Positions 37,129 to 50,378 of a DNA stretch of 64,000 bases are shown in pieces (position 1 is the first letter of the stretch; every line of letters begins with the position of its first letter). The stretch comes from Octopus sinensis. Lineage: Eukaryota. The stretch lies in the NCBI RefSeq assembly GCF_006345805.1, contig NC_043009.1:36208001-36272000 (forward strand), written 5' to 3'. A program made the position numbers and the translations under genes. The notes under the pieces are model-generated. The model worked only from the letters and a program-made list of their open reading frames with translations. It was not told the origin of the DNA and did no database searches.

Positions 37129-37670
37129 GGACGTTATTAAGGAAGTTCTCCAGAGGATGCAGAGAAACTAGCATGGAAGTACCAGCGATGGAGAGCACTG
37201 GTAGACCTGGTCGCCTCTACGCACGACGACGCTTCTGAGACCACTAACCCGGATGACTCCAGCCCCATCAAGCAAAAGTATGAGCAACCAAGAAGCAAGC
37301 AAGCATGCACGTATGTTTGTATGTATGTATGTATGTATGTATGTATGTATGTATGTATGTGTATGTATGTATGTATGTATGTATGTATGTATGTATGTAT
37401 GTATGTATGTATGTATGTATGGACGTTATTAAGGAAGTTCTCCAGAGGATGCAGAGAAACTAGCATGGAAGTACCAGCGATGGAGAGCACTGGTAGACCT
37501 GGTCGCCTCTACGCACGACGACGCTTCTGAGACCACTAACCCGGATGACTCCAGCCCCATCAAGCAAAAGTATGAGCAACCAAGAAGCAAGCAAGCATGC
37601 ACGTATGTTTGTATGTATGTATGTATGTATGTATGTATGTATGTTGTATGTATGTATGTAGTATGTATGT
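37129..37670 (+). mobile_element. Tandemly duplicated RTE-like 3' end embedded in (TATG)n
   Basis: A ~190-bp unique segment starts at 37129 and at 37421 (period 292). It translates EDAEKLAWKYQRWRALVDLVASTH. Confidence 0.7.
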
Positions 37671-38392
37671 TGATATACTTCTAATCTGACATTTAGTGTT
37701 GTAACCTTATAGCATGGTTGGATGGTTGATAGGCGACCCAGGTCGGCCACTTGAAATACTTTACCAAGTGAGGAAGGTAAAATACAAGAACTGCCAAAGA
37801 GTGGATGAATCCTGCAAAAGAGCCAACTAATATTTAGCAACAACGAACTACTCCAGGCAGTGAACTGCCCCACTGTTAGACCATTGGGCAATGATAGACC
37901 CCTAACTTAGAAATTTCATACAGCGTAAAATAATGGAAATAACGACAAATTTTTTTTTTTTTTCTTTTCTTTTTTTTAAGATCCACTAGAATCGGGGTAA
38001 GATTTCTCAGTTAACTAAAACTCTTAATTTTCTACTGCTCTAATGTTTTAGAGGAAATCAAGGCAAACCGTCCAGTAACCAAGGATCAGAATTGAATATT
38101 TTTCTTCAAATATTTTGGCCATTATGTCTTAAATCACAGTAGGAATTTTGTCAATTCTGTTAACTATTCTCCATACAGAGTGTTGTTTCATTCACGTTCC
38201 ATACCAATAAAAAAAAAAGAGCTATTTGAGAGTTATTTGGAAAACTTTTAGTTTAGATGGGTGGATGATAACTACGAAGGTAAACGAACAGTTGAAAACA
38301 TTGTGACTGATACACGTATCCTTTAATTGTATAAAAGAAAATTATATATACATATGTGTGTGTATGTTATATATATATATATATATAATATA

Positions 38393-38431
<39 letters not shown>

Positions 38432-38437
38432 GTATAA

Positions 38438-38736
38438 TCTTTATATATAAAAGTGAAGTTGTGTGTCTGTCTCCTACGATTTAGATTCGTAACTACTCCC
38501 ACATTTTGCGGTGCAGTGTAACCAAAAGCGGGTATCTTATAGTCGTGATTCATATCGAGCCCTTCTGGGTATTAGCGCGCGTCTACGATGAGTCTACGAT
38601 TTTAAAAAAAATTTACCATAATTTTTTCCCTTTTTTAATGCAATTTTTTGCTATCATATAAGGGAAGTAACTCTCTAAAAATGCTTATATAGTTTTTTCC
38701 CTTACAAACCCGAGCAACGCCGGGCGATACTGCTAG
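38438..38736 (+). mobile_element. Non-autonomous Helitron
   Basis: A|TC start, subterminal hairpin CCCGAGCAACGCCGGG (38709-38724), and CTAG|T end. Confidence 0.85.
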
Positions 38737-39015
38737 TGTTATATAATTCTATATATAAGATGTTCTTTAATTGTTTTATATCATTGGTTTATTATTCTTA
38801 AATTAAAACATTGCATTTACTTCTTTTTATAATATGGAATCATTTTGTTTCAATATCCATTCATTTGTAATTTTCTGTTATAGATTGATTAAAATTTTAA
38901 TTTCAAGTACACTCATAGCTATAAGGTGGACATAAACAAGACATCAGTAAATATGTTTGTTTTAAAATAAGAGGTAAGTGTACTCAACTAGGAGAGCATT
39001 CAAAGAACGGACTTA

Positions 39016-39384
39016 TCTCTCTATATATAAACGGCAGTTTGTCTGTGTGTGTTTCTGTGTGTCTGTTAGGTTGTACCCTCACCCTGACCACGGCTTTCAA
39101 CCGATTCTGATGAAACTTGACACACACATAGTCCAATGTCATAATTCAAAACTAACGCAGCGAAAATTTTGAAAAGTTCCCGCAGTTCTGAAAAAATCGA
39201 TAAATTCGACATGGGGTCGAGAATCAGAAACACAAACCACAGACTGTCTAGGGGACGCAACTCGAACTTTTTAACTAAAAAAAATTTACCATCATTTTTT
39301 TTCCATTTTTTGGCTATAACTCTCTAAAAATGCTTTATAGTTATTTCCCTTACAAACCCGAGCAACGCCGGGCGATACTGCTAG
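39016..39384 (+). mobile_element. Non-autonomous Helitron (different 5' body, same 3' end)
   Basis: A|TC start, the same hairpin at 39357-39372, and CTAG|T end. Confidence 0.85.
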
Positions 39385-40644
39385 TTCGATAATAAAATAT
39401 TTCGTAATTAATTTAGAATGCTAATATCAAACATCACCAACGTTTTTGAAAGGCCACAGTTGAATTCGGACATAAAAGTATGTCATTAAGATATTGCCAA
39501 GGAACTGAATCCGTCACACAACTTATTTCTGTCAATCCACCACCCACAGTGATCGAAATAGAAATGCCTCATTTACATTCCCACCTTCTCTTCCTAGTTT
39601 GTTAACAAGAGGACGTAACAGAGTTAATGAAAATAAAATAAAATGAAATGAAATAAAACACGCCATTCTCGACGAACGCCTAATTGGGCCTCGTTTTCAC
39701 GTCACTTATTTCCAGCGATAAAATATCTCACATGCAGTCAGCCAGAAATCCACATTAATGGGCTTCGAAATTTCACTTCCTTTCTTCCTTCCTTCCTTAC
39801 TTCCTCACTCTTTTTCTTTCTTTTTTTTTTCTTTCTTTTTATATTAATTTATATTTTTCTTCTTTCGTTTTCTCTGCTTCTTTTTTTTTTTTTTTGTTTG
39901 TGTTTTTCTCTTCCCTTTTTTATTCAATTTTTTTTCCTCCCCCTCATCATCGGCATAAATTGTATGTCGTCAGGTCAATTCCCTGTATATCCTTCCTCAG
40001 CTTTCAGGGTTGACGCACAGTTGCAGGATCACTGCAAATGGCTGATATTTTGGCTAGAATCCTGACAGGAAGAGAGCAATATTGATGAGAACTCTGGAGG
40101 AAAGGGAGTCAAAATAACGAAACGACCGTTTTTAATCTTCGTTGTTGTTTTGTTGTTGATGTCGTTGTTGATGTTGTTGATGAAGCTCTGCCATAGACGT
40201 GAGATGTAACGTAAGATCTACTAAATTATCTTCTTATCACCCGTCGATGTTGGCACAGAAGATAAGGCGCGGGATAGGAAAGCTTTTCGCGGGTATCTTT
40301 AGTTCACTGCCTTAGATACCCTCTCTCCCTGAGTTCAAATCTCACTTGTGGTCGACCCTTACTTTTCGTTGCTTGTTGGTCGATAAGATAAGCACCTGTA
40401 ATTTACTGAAACAAATTCAACCCTTCACATCCCCCTTTAGAACTTCCTTTTCATTTGCAAAATAAATAAGTAGAGAGATGGAAAAATAAATAAATAGATA
40501 GATAAATAAATAAATAAACCGCACTTGGAGTGATAAATTCCTGGGGTAAATAGAGTCCTTGGACCAATTTCGAGTCTAAACTGGAACCAATTTGCTAATG
40601 TCTGAATTCTACGAATCTACGTTTTCGTCTGTTAAATAAATATA

Positions 40645-40649
<5 letters not shown>

Positions 40650-40733
<84 letters not shown>

Positions 40734-41165
40734 TGTGTACAGTGCTCAGGTGCACTACAACTCATCTAAAGTGTATATATAATCAGGTGTAGTTTCGGCG
40801 GATTTCGGAAAGCATGAGGGCCTTAAAGGATGCAGTGTCATGGCAGTCAACAACTGACGCAGGCAGTTTATTCCATGCTTCAGCAACTCTGAGCGTGAAA
40901 AAATGTTTCCGAAAGTCATGGGAGCTGTGTTGTTTTCTGACTTTGTAGGCATGTCCACGTGTGTTAGACACATGGAGATCAAAAAGGTGTTCAGTGTTGT
41001 TGTTGGTGAGGTGGTTGATAACTTTGTGGGTGTTTACCAAGTCCGTCGCCAGACGCCGGAGCTTCAGTGAATCCATGCCCAGGGAAACAAGGCGCTCAGA
41101 ATATGGTATCCCATGTGAACGGAGAACAGCGAGAATCAAAACGATAGGTTCAGGCAGATTTGAAC
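40650..41165 (-). mobile_element. 5'-truncated CR1-clade LINE 3' end with (ATT)n tail
   Basis: ORF 40783-41139 reads YSERLVSLGMDSLKLRR..DL...TRGH..K...RKHFFTLRVAEAWNKLP. The (AAT)n at 40650-40732 abuts its 3' end. Confidence 0.9.
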
Positions 41166-41527
41166 GTGAATATACTGATCACAGTTGTATTTCGTTTTCG
41201 GAGAATACCTCCTCTTTTCGATACAAGTCTAAATCTTATTGACAAATCAAAAACATTATTATCAATTTCTAAAAGATAGTTTAGCATCACAGTCTCTCAT
41301 CCCCTCCCCCAACGCTTTAAAATATATGGGTTTCCCGCTTATGTAAGAACAATTGTCGTTACCACCCACTCTCGTGCCTTGACCTGAAAATCGTGAGCAA
41401 GAGGTAGACTTTCACTCCTCATCAAACACAAATATAAAAAATTTAAACATCTAATAATTATAAACGAAAAAAACTACTTAAACCATAACAAGTATAACGA
41501 TGGTATATAGTACCAATAATATGGTGT

Positions 41528-41790
41528 TTGTTCCTTCTCGAGCAACGCCTGGCTCATAGGGCCGGTTTCTCAGTTTCCTTGGCGTATAGGTTCCCCCACC
41601 TGGACGGGACGCCGGTGAGCTGCAAGAGTGAGAGAAAGTTGTGGCGAAAGAGCCAGCAGAAGTTCGCCATTACCTTCTGCCGGAGTCGCGTGGAGATTAG
41701 GTGTTTCGCTCATAAACACACACACATCGCCCGGTCGGAGATTCGAACCCGCGACCCCTCGACTGCGAGTCCACTGCTGTAACCACTAGG
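41528..41790 (-). mobile_element. SINE with a family-B tRNA head and a different tail
   Basis: Minus-strand head GGCACATGGCCTAGTGGTTACAGCAGTGGACTCGCAGTCGAGGGGTCGCGGGTTCGAATC. Confidence 0.8.
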
Positions 41791-42875
41791 CCATGTGCCT
41801 ACACACCAAAAATATAGGAGGGAAGAAATATTATTAAATGATTGGTTGAAATGGTCCTTTTTTTTTTTTTTTCATCGTTACAATATAAGATACAACTTCT
41901 TCGAGTCGTAGTACAAAGATTATTCGTAGTACTGATATCCATTCTGTAGGTAGTTAAGTCCATCTTTTGTTGACTGCTAGAAGACTGGTGGGGAAAATGC
42001 GAGAGAGAAAGAGTTAGAGAGTCTAAACAAGTAGAGAAGGTAAGAGCTGTGTATTCCCTCGCTTAAAGTGCTTCCTCCGTCGGCGCCGAAAGAAGACCAA
42101 ATTTTGTTACTGTATTTTACATATGCTGGAAAATTGGATGTAGATCAGAGAACAATGGGGAGTAATGAGTTTGTCTCTCTCGAACCCGAGAATGTTAACT
42201 TAATTAGAACCTAACTCAATGTGACAGCTGACTCTCATGAATTTCGAAGAGCAAAAGCCGAGAACAATAGAAAAGGAGCAAGTAGAAAAATATAGATTCG
42301 GTTTAGAATCTAGGAAACTATTCGCTACACAGTATTCTCCACAATTGTTGACATAAACTAACATGTAGAACGTTGAGTAGAAACAGCCTTCATCAATTTC
42401 TACTCAAGACCACCGCTTTACTAAGAGATCGTAGCTTACAACCGACTTAGCTATTTGGCAGAGTCGTTAGAGCGTCAAACAGATTATTTTGTGGTCATTG
42501 TACTGGCTCTCTACACTCAGAGTTCAAATCTCACCGTCGTCAACTTTACTTTTCACCCTTCTACATCGATGAAATACCAGTTCTACATTGGAATTCAGTT
42601 CTCTTTCTTTCACAACTTATGTCATGGTGGTACCCTACGACTTCTACACACAAGGCAAGTAGTTTACATAAACATATAGGTGTTTATAAACTACATATAC
42701 ATACATGTATGTGTAAGCTACATATACGTTAAGCCACATATATGTACATGTAAACGATAGATAGACAGACACACACATACACACACGCACACATATATAT
42801 GTGCTTGCATATGTAAGCTACATATACAAGGTAGATGTTATTTAGATTACAACTGAGTTCATTTACACATTGCAT

Positions 42876-43038
42876 CAAGTTTTGGCACAAAGCCAGCAAT
42901 TTCGAGAAAGGGATAGGTCGATTAGATCGATTCCAGGGTTCAACTTGATGAAAGGTAAAGTCGACCACGGTGGAATTTGAACTCAGAACGTAAAGACAGG
43001 CGAAATATCTACAAGCCTTTTGCCCGGCGTGCTAACAA
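42876..43038 (-). mobile_element. SINE family C
   Basis: GTCGACCACGGTGGAATTTGAACTCAGAACG...GTGCTAACAATTCTGCCAGCTAGCCGCCT. Confidence 0.8.
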
Positions 43039-44814
43039 TTCTGCCAGCTAGCCGCCTTAAAGTTAAATTATTTAATTTGACTGGTTTGGCAACTGTTAAA
43101 CATTGGCAAACGACATGAAACTTAGTGGAAATGCAGACATGTATAAAACGTTTGACTAAATGTTGGTTGTATATTTCGGAGTCTACAGTTTTAGTGTATA
43201 CTCCGAATTGTCAGCAAAATGACATACTTAACAGAAAAACTAGAAAAGGTTTTCGTACTCACGTGTAGGTTTGTTCTGATGTCGTTCGTTGTCTTTTTTT
43301 TTTTCTTTTTTTGGTGCAAGTTTTTATTTTTAACCAATTCTCTCAGTAGATCCTGGTCACTGGTCTCTAATTAAATAACGCGTTTCCTTCATTAAAATTT
43401 TAATTGCATCAGATGTTGAATACCAGAAATGTCTTCGATATTCTACATTCTCCTGCCAACATTCAATTTACACAACTCTCATTAATTTTAGTTATTTACC
43501 TGCTTTTCGTTTATTTATTTATTTATTATATTTATATTTATATGTTTATGTTTTTTGTATATTTGATTTATTGAATTATTCTCTGAATTTCAAGATTGTA
43601 AGAATCGCTGCTTAAATGATTAATCCCCAAGTCAGCGCTGTTCGTTCAGACCTATGATCAAAAGTATTCTCTCCATGACCATCCTGTCCTACTGTCCACT
43701 GTGCTACATTGTACAATTTATTTGTTCCTTCTTTACAAAATGATGAGTATAGTTTGGAAGAAAAATTGGTCGCTATTTCTAGCAGATTGACTAGTCGTAT
43801 AAGAGCCACATTCATGACTCGTTAAATATTTGGTGCCTTCATTACATATGTAACTGTAATTATTCCTACTAATGAGAACCTATAATCATACACTATTCTC
43901 CACCACCACCAGAAATGCGTGACCCATAAAATACCTTGTGGTGTTTCTTTTGGCTCTTTCGGTTCTAACTTCAAATCCCGCCGAGGTCAACTTTGCCTTC
44001 ACCCCGTCAGGGTTGGTATAATAATGTACCAGTCAAGAACTGTGGTCGATGTATTCGACTCATCTCTGCCCCCAAAATTGCTGGCCTTGTGCCAAAATTT
44101 GAAACTACTGTTGTTGTTGTTGAGTGAGTGAGAGAGTAGTGCATGCCATTAAAGTAACACTGGGGTACAAATATACGAAGCAGAGTATACCCATCATGAC
44201 TACCCGTCTGATAAGGGTACACCAGGCACAAGCATCAAACCATATGTGCGCGACATGGTGATCTCATATCAAAATAAACAGCGTATGACCTTGCAGGTAT
44301 GAGATTGCAGGCCCACTTAGAATTTTCTTCAGGTCGAGTAGTCCATCCCGTTCAAAAGGTCCCTTATTCAGAGACCTTTTGAGTGGGATGGGGTACAATA
44401 TTTCACTGTCGAGTGGTTTGGGAAATGGCTCTGGCGAAAGTAGCATTAATTTTCTTAGGTCGTTCAATTTGTCTCAATTAATCAATAAACTAATTGAGTA
44501 AACCTATCAGTAATGTACCTATAATGAACACTGGAAACAGCTGTAAGCCAAATTTGCTCTGATAAAGGGAAAATATGTAATGACTGTTATCTTTAACTTA
44601 TTCTTTATATATCACTCTGTGTAAAAGCCAGGTTATTTGGAGTCCATCCAAGGATTTACAATATAGAATTGTGATGACCCTTAACAACTTGGAACTCTAC
44701 CAAAAGATTACTTGAAGTTCTTCATTAATCTAAGTAATATTGTTAGCCTGGTGTACCAACAGGGAACTTATGAAGTATTTTGCCCGGATTGATAATTTCT
44801 CACTATATATATAT

Positions 44815-45000
44815 ATATATATAAAGTTAATCCAAACAAGAAAGCACAAAAAAAACACAACGCGAGGACGTGGAACAAATATAGTATTATTGGACGCTCA
44901 GGAAAGAAGGAAAGAAGGAGGGTTTAACGTTTCGAGCGGAGCTCTTCGTCGGAAACATAGGAGAAGGAAAGATCCAGAGAAGGAAGACAGAGGAAAAAAA

Positions 45001-45002
<2 letters not shown>
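44815..45002 (-). mobile_element. Penelope-like pseudo-LTR module with an HHR (44922-44956)
   Basis: Minus strand GTTT-CCGACGA-a GAGC tcc GCTC-GAAA-CG-TT-AAAC. Both sides are flanked by (AT)n. Confidence 0.7.
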
Positions 45003-45041
<39 letters not shown>

Positions 45042-46624
45042 TATATATATGTATGTATATATATATATGTATGTATATATATATATGTATGTATATATAT
45101 AATGTATGTATATATATATGTATGTATATATATATATGTATGTATATATATATATGTATGTATATATATATATGTATGTATATATATATATATATGTATG
45201 TATATATATATATATATGTATGTATATATATAAAATTATAATTTAGGCTATATAAGAGATACCACCACGCTGGTACCTCTAAAACCACATTAAATGTTCA
45301 TACACGAAGATTTGAAGGTTTTTATTCCCTTGCTGGCCACCTGATAAGATCGGTATTTAAATAACGATCTTATCCTTATTTATCTAATTTCATATATATA
45401 TACTTTTTTTCCTGCCCTTCTATACGGAAGACATTACGACCGAAGAGGTATCAACTGTTTGAAATTGTCACCAATTTTCCCGAAACATGATTTTTTTGTT
45501 TCTTATTATCAATCTATTATTATCAACTAAGAAGAAAGACAATATTTCACTGTCGAATGGTTTTGGTATTGTGGATGACATGGCCTCTAGTTTACTTCTC
45601 TATCTGTCTGTGATTCGACTCTAGTCTGTCTGACAACGTCTCCCCTCCCACCTCTCTCTCCTCCTCTTTACACCCCCCTCTGTCTCTCTCTCTCTCTTGT
45701 CAGTTATTTTTATTATCATTTATAACCAAATGCTGTAACCATCTACCTTGTCTTTTTGGCTTTGCTATGTTTTTTTTTCTGACAAGCGAAAATGCTAGTT
45801 CTAAAATCTAAGAGATCAACGCAGTAATCGTATTAACAAGTATTAACAAGTAATGCTCGTAGCCACTTCAACATGGCTGTTCGTTCGAACTCTACAGTGA
45901 TTTTTTTTAATCCCTAGAGGACATCACCTCTAGCTGGTTAACGATGCACACCTGCATCCGAGATATTGCGAGCAGGAGAGCGAACCCCTATCACCTTCTA
46001 GAGACGGGACCAGCAGACCAGCCTGGTTTCGGGCTATTTCTGTCTCTCTTAAGTACTGGACACCTCGTCTATTAGAGATGGTAGTAGCTCGCTTCTGCTC
46101 GCAATGTATATAGTTTCAAGTGATATACAGTCGCTGATTTTACAACAAGCAAAATTGCTAGTTTTCTCTTTTTCTTTATTTTTACCGCTTCTTATCCCAA
46201 ACCTTTGTCGAAACCTATGATAAATACATTTGACCACCATATCCAGATAATGTATGCTAATTTATGAAACTCATCTAATTTAGAATTGGTTCGACTTACT
46301 CGACTGACAGATCACTTGCCATTGTTTCTGCTGTTATTTTCAACTCTTTGCTTTTGCTATTTTTGTTTTGTTTTTTGTTTTTTTTTTTGTTTTTTTTTCT
46401 TCTTGTTATTTCATTGAAGATTTCTCACTCGTGACCCATAGATGGAGTATATGATAAAATAATGAAAAACGGAATTTTTAAATGCTCATTTCGGGGTTTG
46501 TACATATTTAACAAAATAATTTCCTTTATTGAGGTGAAAGTCTTTCGAACAGCTCAAAGTATCCACACAATTAGCTGATAAAGACTCCCTCGGTGGCTAA
46601 TTACGATCTAAAATCAACAAGTTT

Positions 46625-47034
46625 GCTTAAGAAGTTTGCTTCCCAACCACATGATTCGGCTTCTGCCCCACTGCGTGGCACCTTGGGCAAGTGTCTCTAC
46701 TATAGCCTCGGGCTGATCAAAGCCTTGTGGTTGGATTTGGTCAACGGAAACTGAAAGAAGCCTGTCGTATATATATTTAAATATATATGTTTCTGTGTGC
46801 GTATATGTGTGTGCATGTGTGTCTTTGCATCTGTGTCTGTCCCCTCACCCCCGCTTGAAACCGGTATTGGTGTATTTACGTCTCCGTAACTTAGCGGTTC
46901 GACAAAAAGAGACCGATAGAATAAGTACCAGGCTTAACAAAAAATAAGCACTGTGGTCGATTCATTCGACTAAAAACTATTTAAGTTGGTGCTCCAGTAT
47001 GACTGCAATAAAACAAGTAAAAGATAAAAGATAA
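46625..47034 (+). mobile_element. SINE family A
   Basis: Diverged copy with tail AAACAAGTAAAAGATAAAAGATAAAA. Confidence 0.85.
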
Positions 47035-49340
47035 AACAACGAAGTTAATACCAACAACAACCGTTGATCGAAAAGTTCTGAGTTCGTTTTCACTGAGTTA
47101 TATTGCTGAAATATTTATTTCACTGCATAGAATAGGGTAATGATGGCAATATTTCAAAACACACACATATATACCAGATCCTGACACACGTATGTATAAA
47201 TACGCATGTGTGTGTGCATCTGTATGTATATATGTGTGTGTATAAGTTCCGTTAGGTCTTTTATATCGCAAGGTTCACAGACAACAGATGGAGCCGTAGA
47301 ATTGCCGAATAGTACCCAGGAGATCCAGGTCACTCAAAAAGGCCTTCACGGCGATGAGAAAACAATTTAGTAAAACAGTTTGGGCCAAGATGGAAAAGAA
47401 TAGAGCATTCAAAAGGAATTGAAAGCGCATTTCGACCAGCAGTGAATAACAACATCCGACAGTCTGATCGATACAGATGATGTGTGTGTCCGTGTGTCGA
47501 GAGAGAGGGTGAGAGAGAGAGAGAGAGAGCTTGAGACATACATACATATACGCAGGCCTCTGCACAGTTTCCATCGACCACATTTCATTCATTAGGTATT
47601 GGCATTCCTGTACTTCTCTGAGTTTTTATGAATTTAGATAAGGCACAAGTTTTGCCAATCATCAAACCCTTTAAATTCTAAAACTATAACAGAAGATGCA
47701 AAGTTTGGAAAGAGTTTACAACCAAAACAATAAACTCGACCTTTTGTGGGATAAATACGCAAACCACTCTTGCTGCTTTTGTTACCACATTAACTTCTGT
47801 TAAATATAAACGAAGCGATTTTGTGTAAAATCTGGAATGCATTTTGTCCACGCACATGCAATTAAAAACTGGTCCACAACATATGCTGAACTTCAAGAAG
47901 AATACTTCATCATGTGGTAATTCTTTGAACCAACTAGCATCTGTATTTGGCATCATCTCTGTCTGTATCTGGAATGCTTCGGAACTCACCTGCCATACAA
48001 GCTATGAACTAAAACATTTATCTATCTAAATTATTTTCTTTAGCTTTAAATTAGTTCTATATTTATATTTTGAGCCTGCATCATGGCTGCTTCTTCATAA
48101 TCAGCTCGCTGTTCCAGTTTTTGTTTCACTGTCTCTTGGAGGTTTTCTTCTCGTTGAATACTTGTAGATGGCACTGGTTAACTCCACCGCACTGGTTTCT
48201 CTGTGTTTGTATCAATGTATCTGTTTCTCCTCTGACACTTGTTGCTTCTTGTCAATAGCCGATGTCAGAAGACAGTGATTGGTCTTCAGTTCTTTATCGT
48301 ATCATTTTCAAATCTCTTTTCGCTTATTAACACAACTTTCAAATCTTTTACTCCTGCTCAGATTACAATCTGGAAATAAAAAAAAACTAGACTTGACCCT
48401 CCGTAGATACGTGCACAGCTGTGTTTTCAACTTTCCTATGACACTGTGTTCCTGGAAGGACAAGATCGATACAGAAACCAATACCAGTGTCAAATTATCG
48501 ACTCAAGACACTACCATCATGAAAGGGAAAGCAAATAAAATTTACTGAAGGGTTATCTGGATACTACAGTTTGATATCACACTATGAGTAAGAAAGGTCT
48601 ATGAAGTGGGAGAAAGGCATATCTTAACTGAGACCTGAGGGTAAATTAAGCACTTCATGTGGCTAAACAAAAGCTTAACCTTTTCTAGAAATCATAAAGT
48701 CCATAAGGATAGTGCCTATCTTCTGTCTTGTTAGTTTTTTGGTGAATGTGAGATAAACATTCCCCTGAATAAAGACGAACATTGAGAAATTTGACTCAGT
48801 ACTGAAAATAAGGTGGTTAACCGTCATTGTAGTTATAAATTTATTTGAAACATTAGACGGTCGTAAACGTCTGTAACGTTTATATAGCCTCACCGTGGAC
48901 AATAAAAAGGGGATCGACCGAACAAACGTTTCAAATGTTATTAAATTCTCTTCGGTAATCGCTTACCCGTCTCTTAAGTCCATTGTGAAATTGTATTTAA
49001 AGCCATTGTTATTAGACGTATAACTAAATCGAGCAGACTGATTTGAATACGTGACATAGTTTTGGCCGTTAGTTTTATTAAGTAGACAAAAGTGAATATA
49101 TCGAGTTTTTCTCCTCGCACACAAAAAAAATTAAGGAGATTACCCTAACATGTTTCAAGGTCAGTCGTTAAAAGATAAACACCTCCCACTTCTCAGTATA
49201 CATAGAGAACTTGATAGTTGTTATTATCAAGTACTCTATCGTGAAATAAGCTTTCACTATCAAGGCCCTGGAGGTTAAGTAATGCTTCAAAAAGAACACG
49301 AACTGGTAACATTTCTTCAGTAGCTTAACGGTCGTACATC

Positions 49341-49578
49341 ATACCTATTTCTTTATTACCCACAAGGGGTTAAACAGAGAGGGGACGAACAAAGACAGAC
49401 ATAGGTATTAAGTCGATTACATCGACCCCAGTGCCTAACTGGTACTTAATTTATCGACCCCGAAAGGATGAAAGGCAAAGTCGACCTCGGCGGAATTTGA
49501 ACTCACAACGTAACGCAGACGAAATACCGCTGAGCATTTCGCCTGACGTGCTAACCATTCTCCCAACTCGCCGCCTTA
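49341..49578 (-). mobile_element. SINE family C, full length
   Basis: TACCTATTTCTTTATTACCCACAAGGGG ... AACTCGCCGCCT. Confidence 0.88.
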
Positions 49579-50105
49579 CATCATACCGATGAACTAACCA
49601 TGAAGCTAATTACTATCAGCCGTCCAGTTTCCACTAGAATATTTTTAATTCACTGCCAAATTTGCGTGTATCAAGGGATCAGAATAGATATCCTATCGCT
49701 GATTCCTTCAGAGTATTAACCCATAGAGAGGAATTACAGAATGGTAAACTATTTTGCTATCATTTTGGGAATTGGTAAATTATCACAATCTAAATTCTAA
49801 GAGATCTTTATAACGATGTTAATAATTAAGGCAGCGAATGGTTATCTAGAGAGCGCTACATGCAATTACGACATTTAATTACGTCACTTCGTGTTCTGAA
49901 TGTAGCCTTGGCCACTGTGAGATTAATGAAGTCTATTGCAATCATTTCGTTGCCCCAGATCGACGCCACACTTTTCCCATATCCTAGAGTCAGCCTAAAC
50001 CTTATATGTGAATATATATGTATAATATATATATATATATATATATATTATAGATATATATAATATATATATGTATATATATATGTATGTATATATATAT
50101 GTATG

Positions 50106-50138
<33 letters not shown>

Positions 50139-50322
50139 GTATGTATATATATTAATATTATATATAATATATATATATATATATAGTATGTATATATATA
50201 TGTATGTATGTATGTATAATATATATGTATGTATATTGTTATATATATGTATGTATATATATATATATTATATATATATATATGTATTATATATGTATAT
50301 ATGCATATATATGTATATATAT

Positions 50323-50375
<53 letters not shown>

Positions 50376-50378
<3 letters not shown>

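Noticed and set aside
39107-39113. CTGATGA as an HHR core (also 4403)
   Set aside because: There is no downstream GAAA or stem context. The first lies in a Helitron body and the second is the antisense of mariner coding sequence.
47660-48030. Coding-like unique segment
   Set aside because: It has short open frames with stops and no recognisable family motif.
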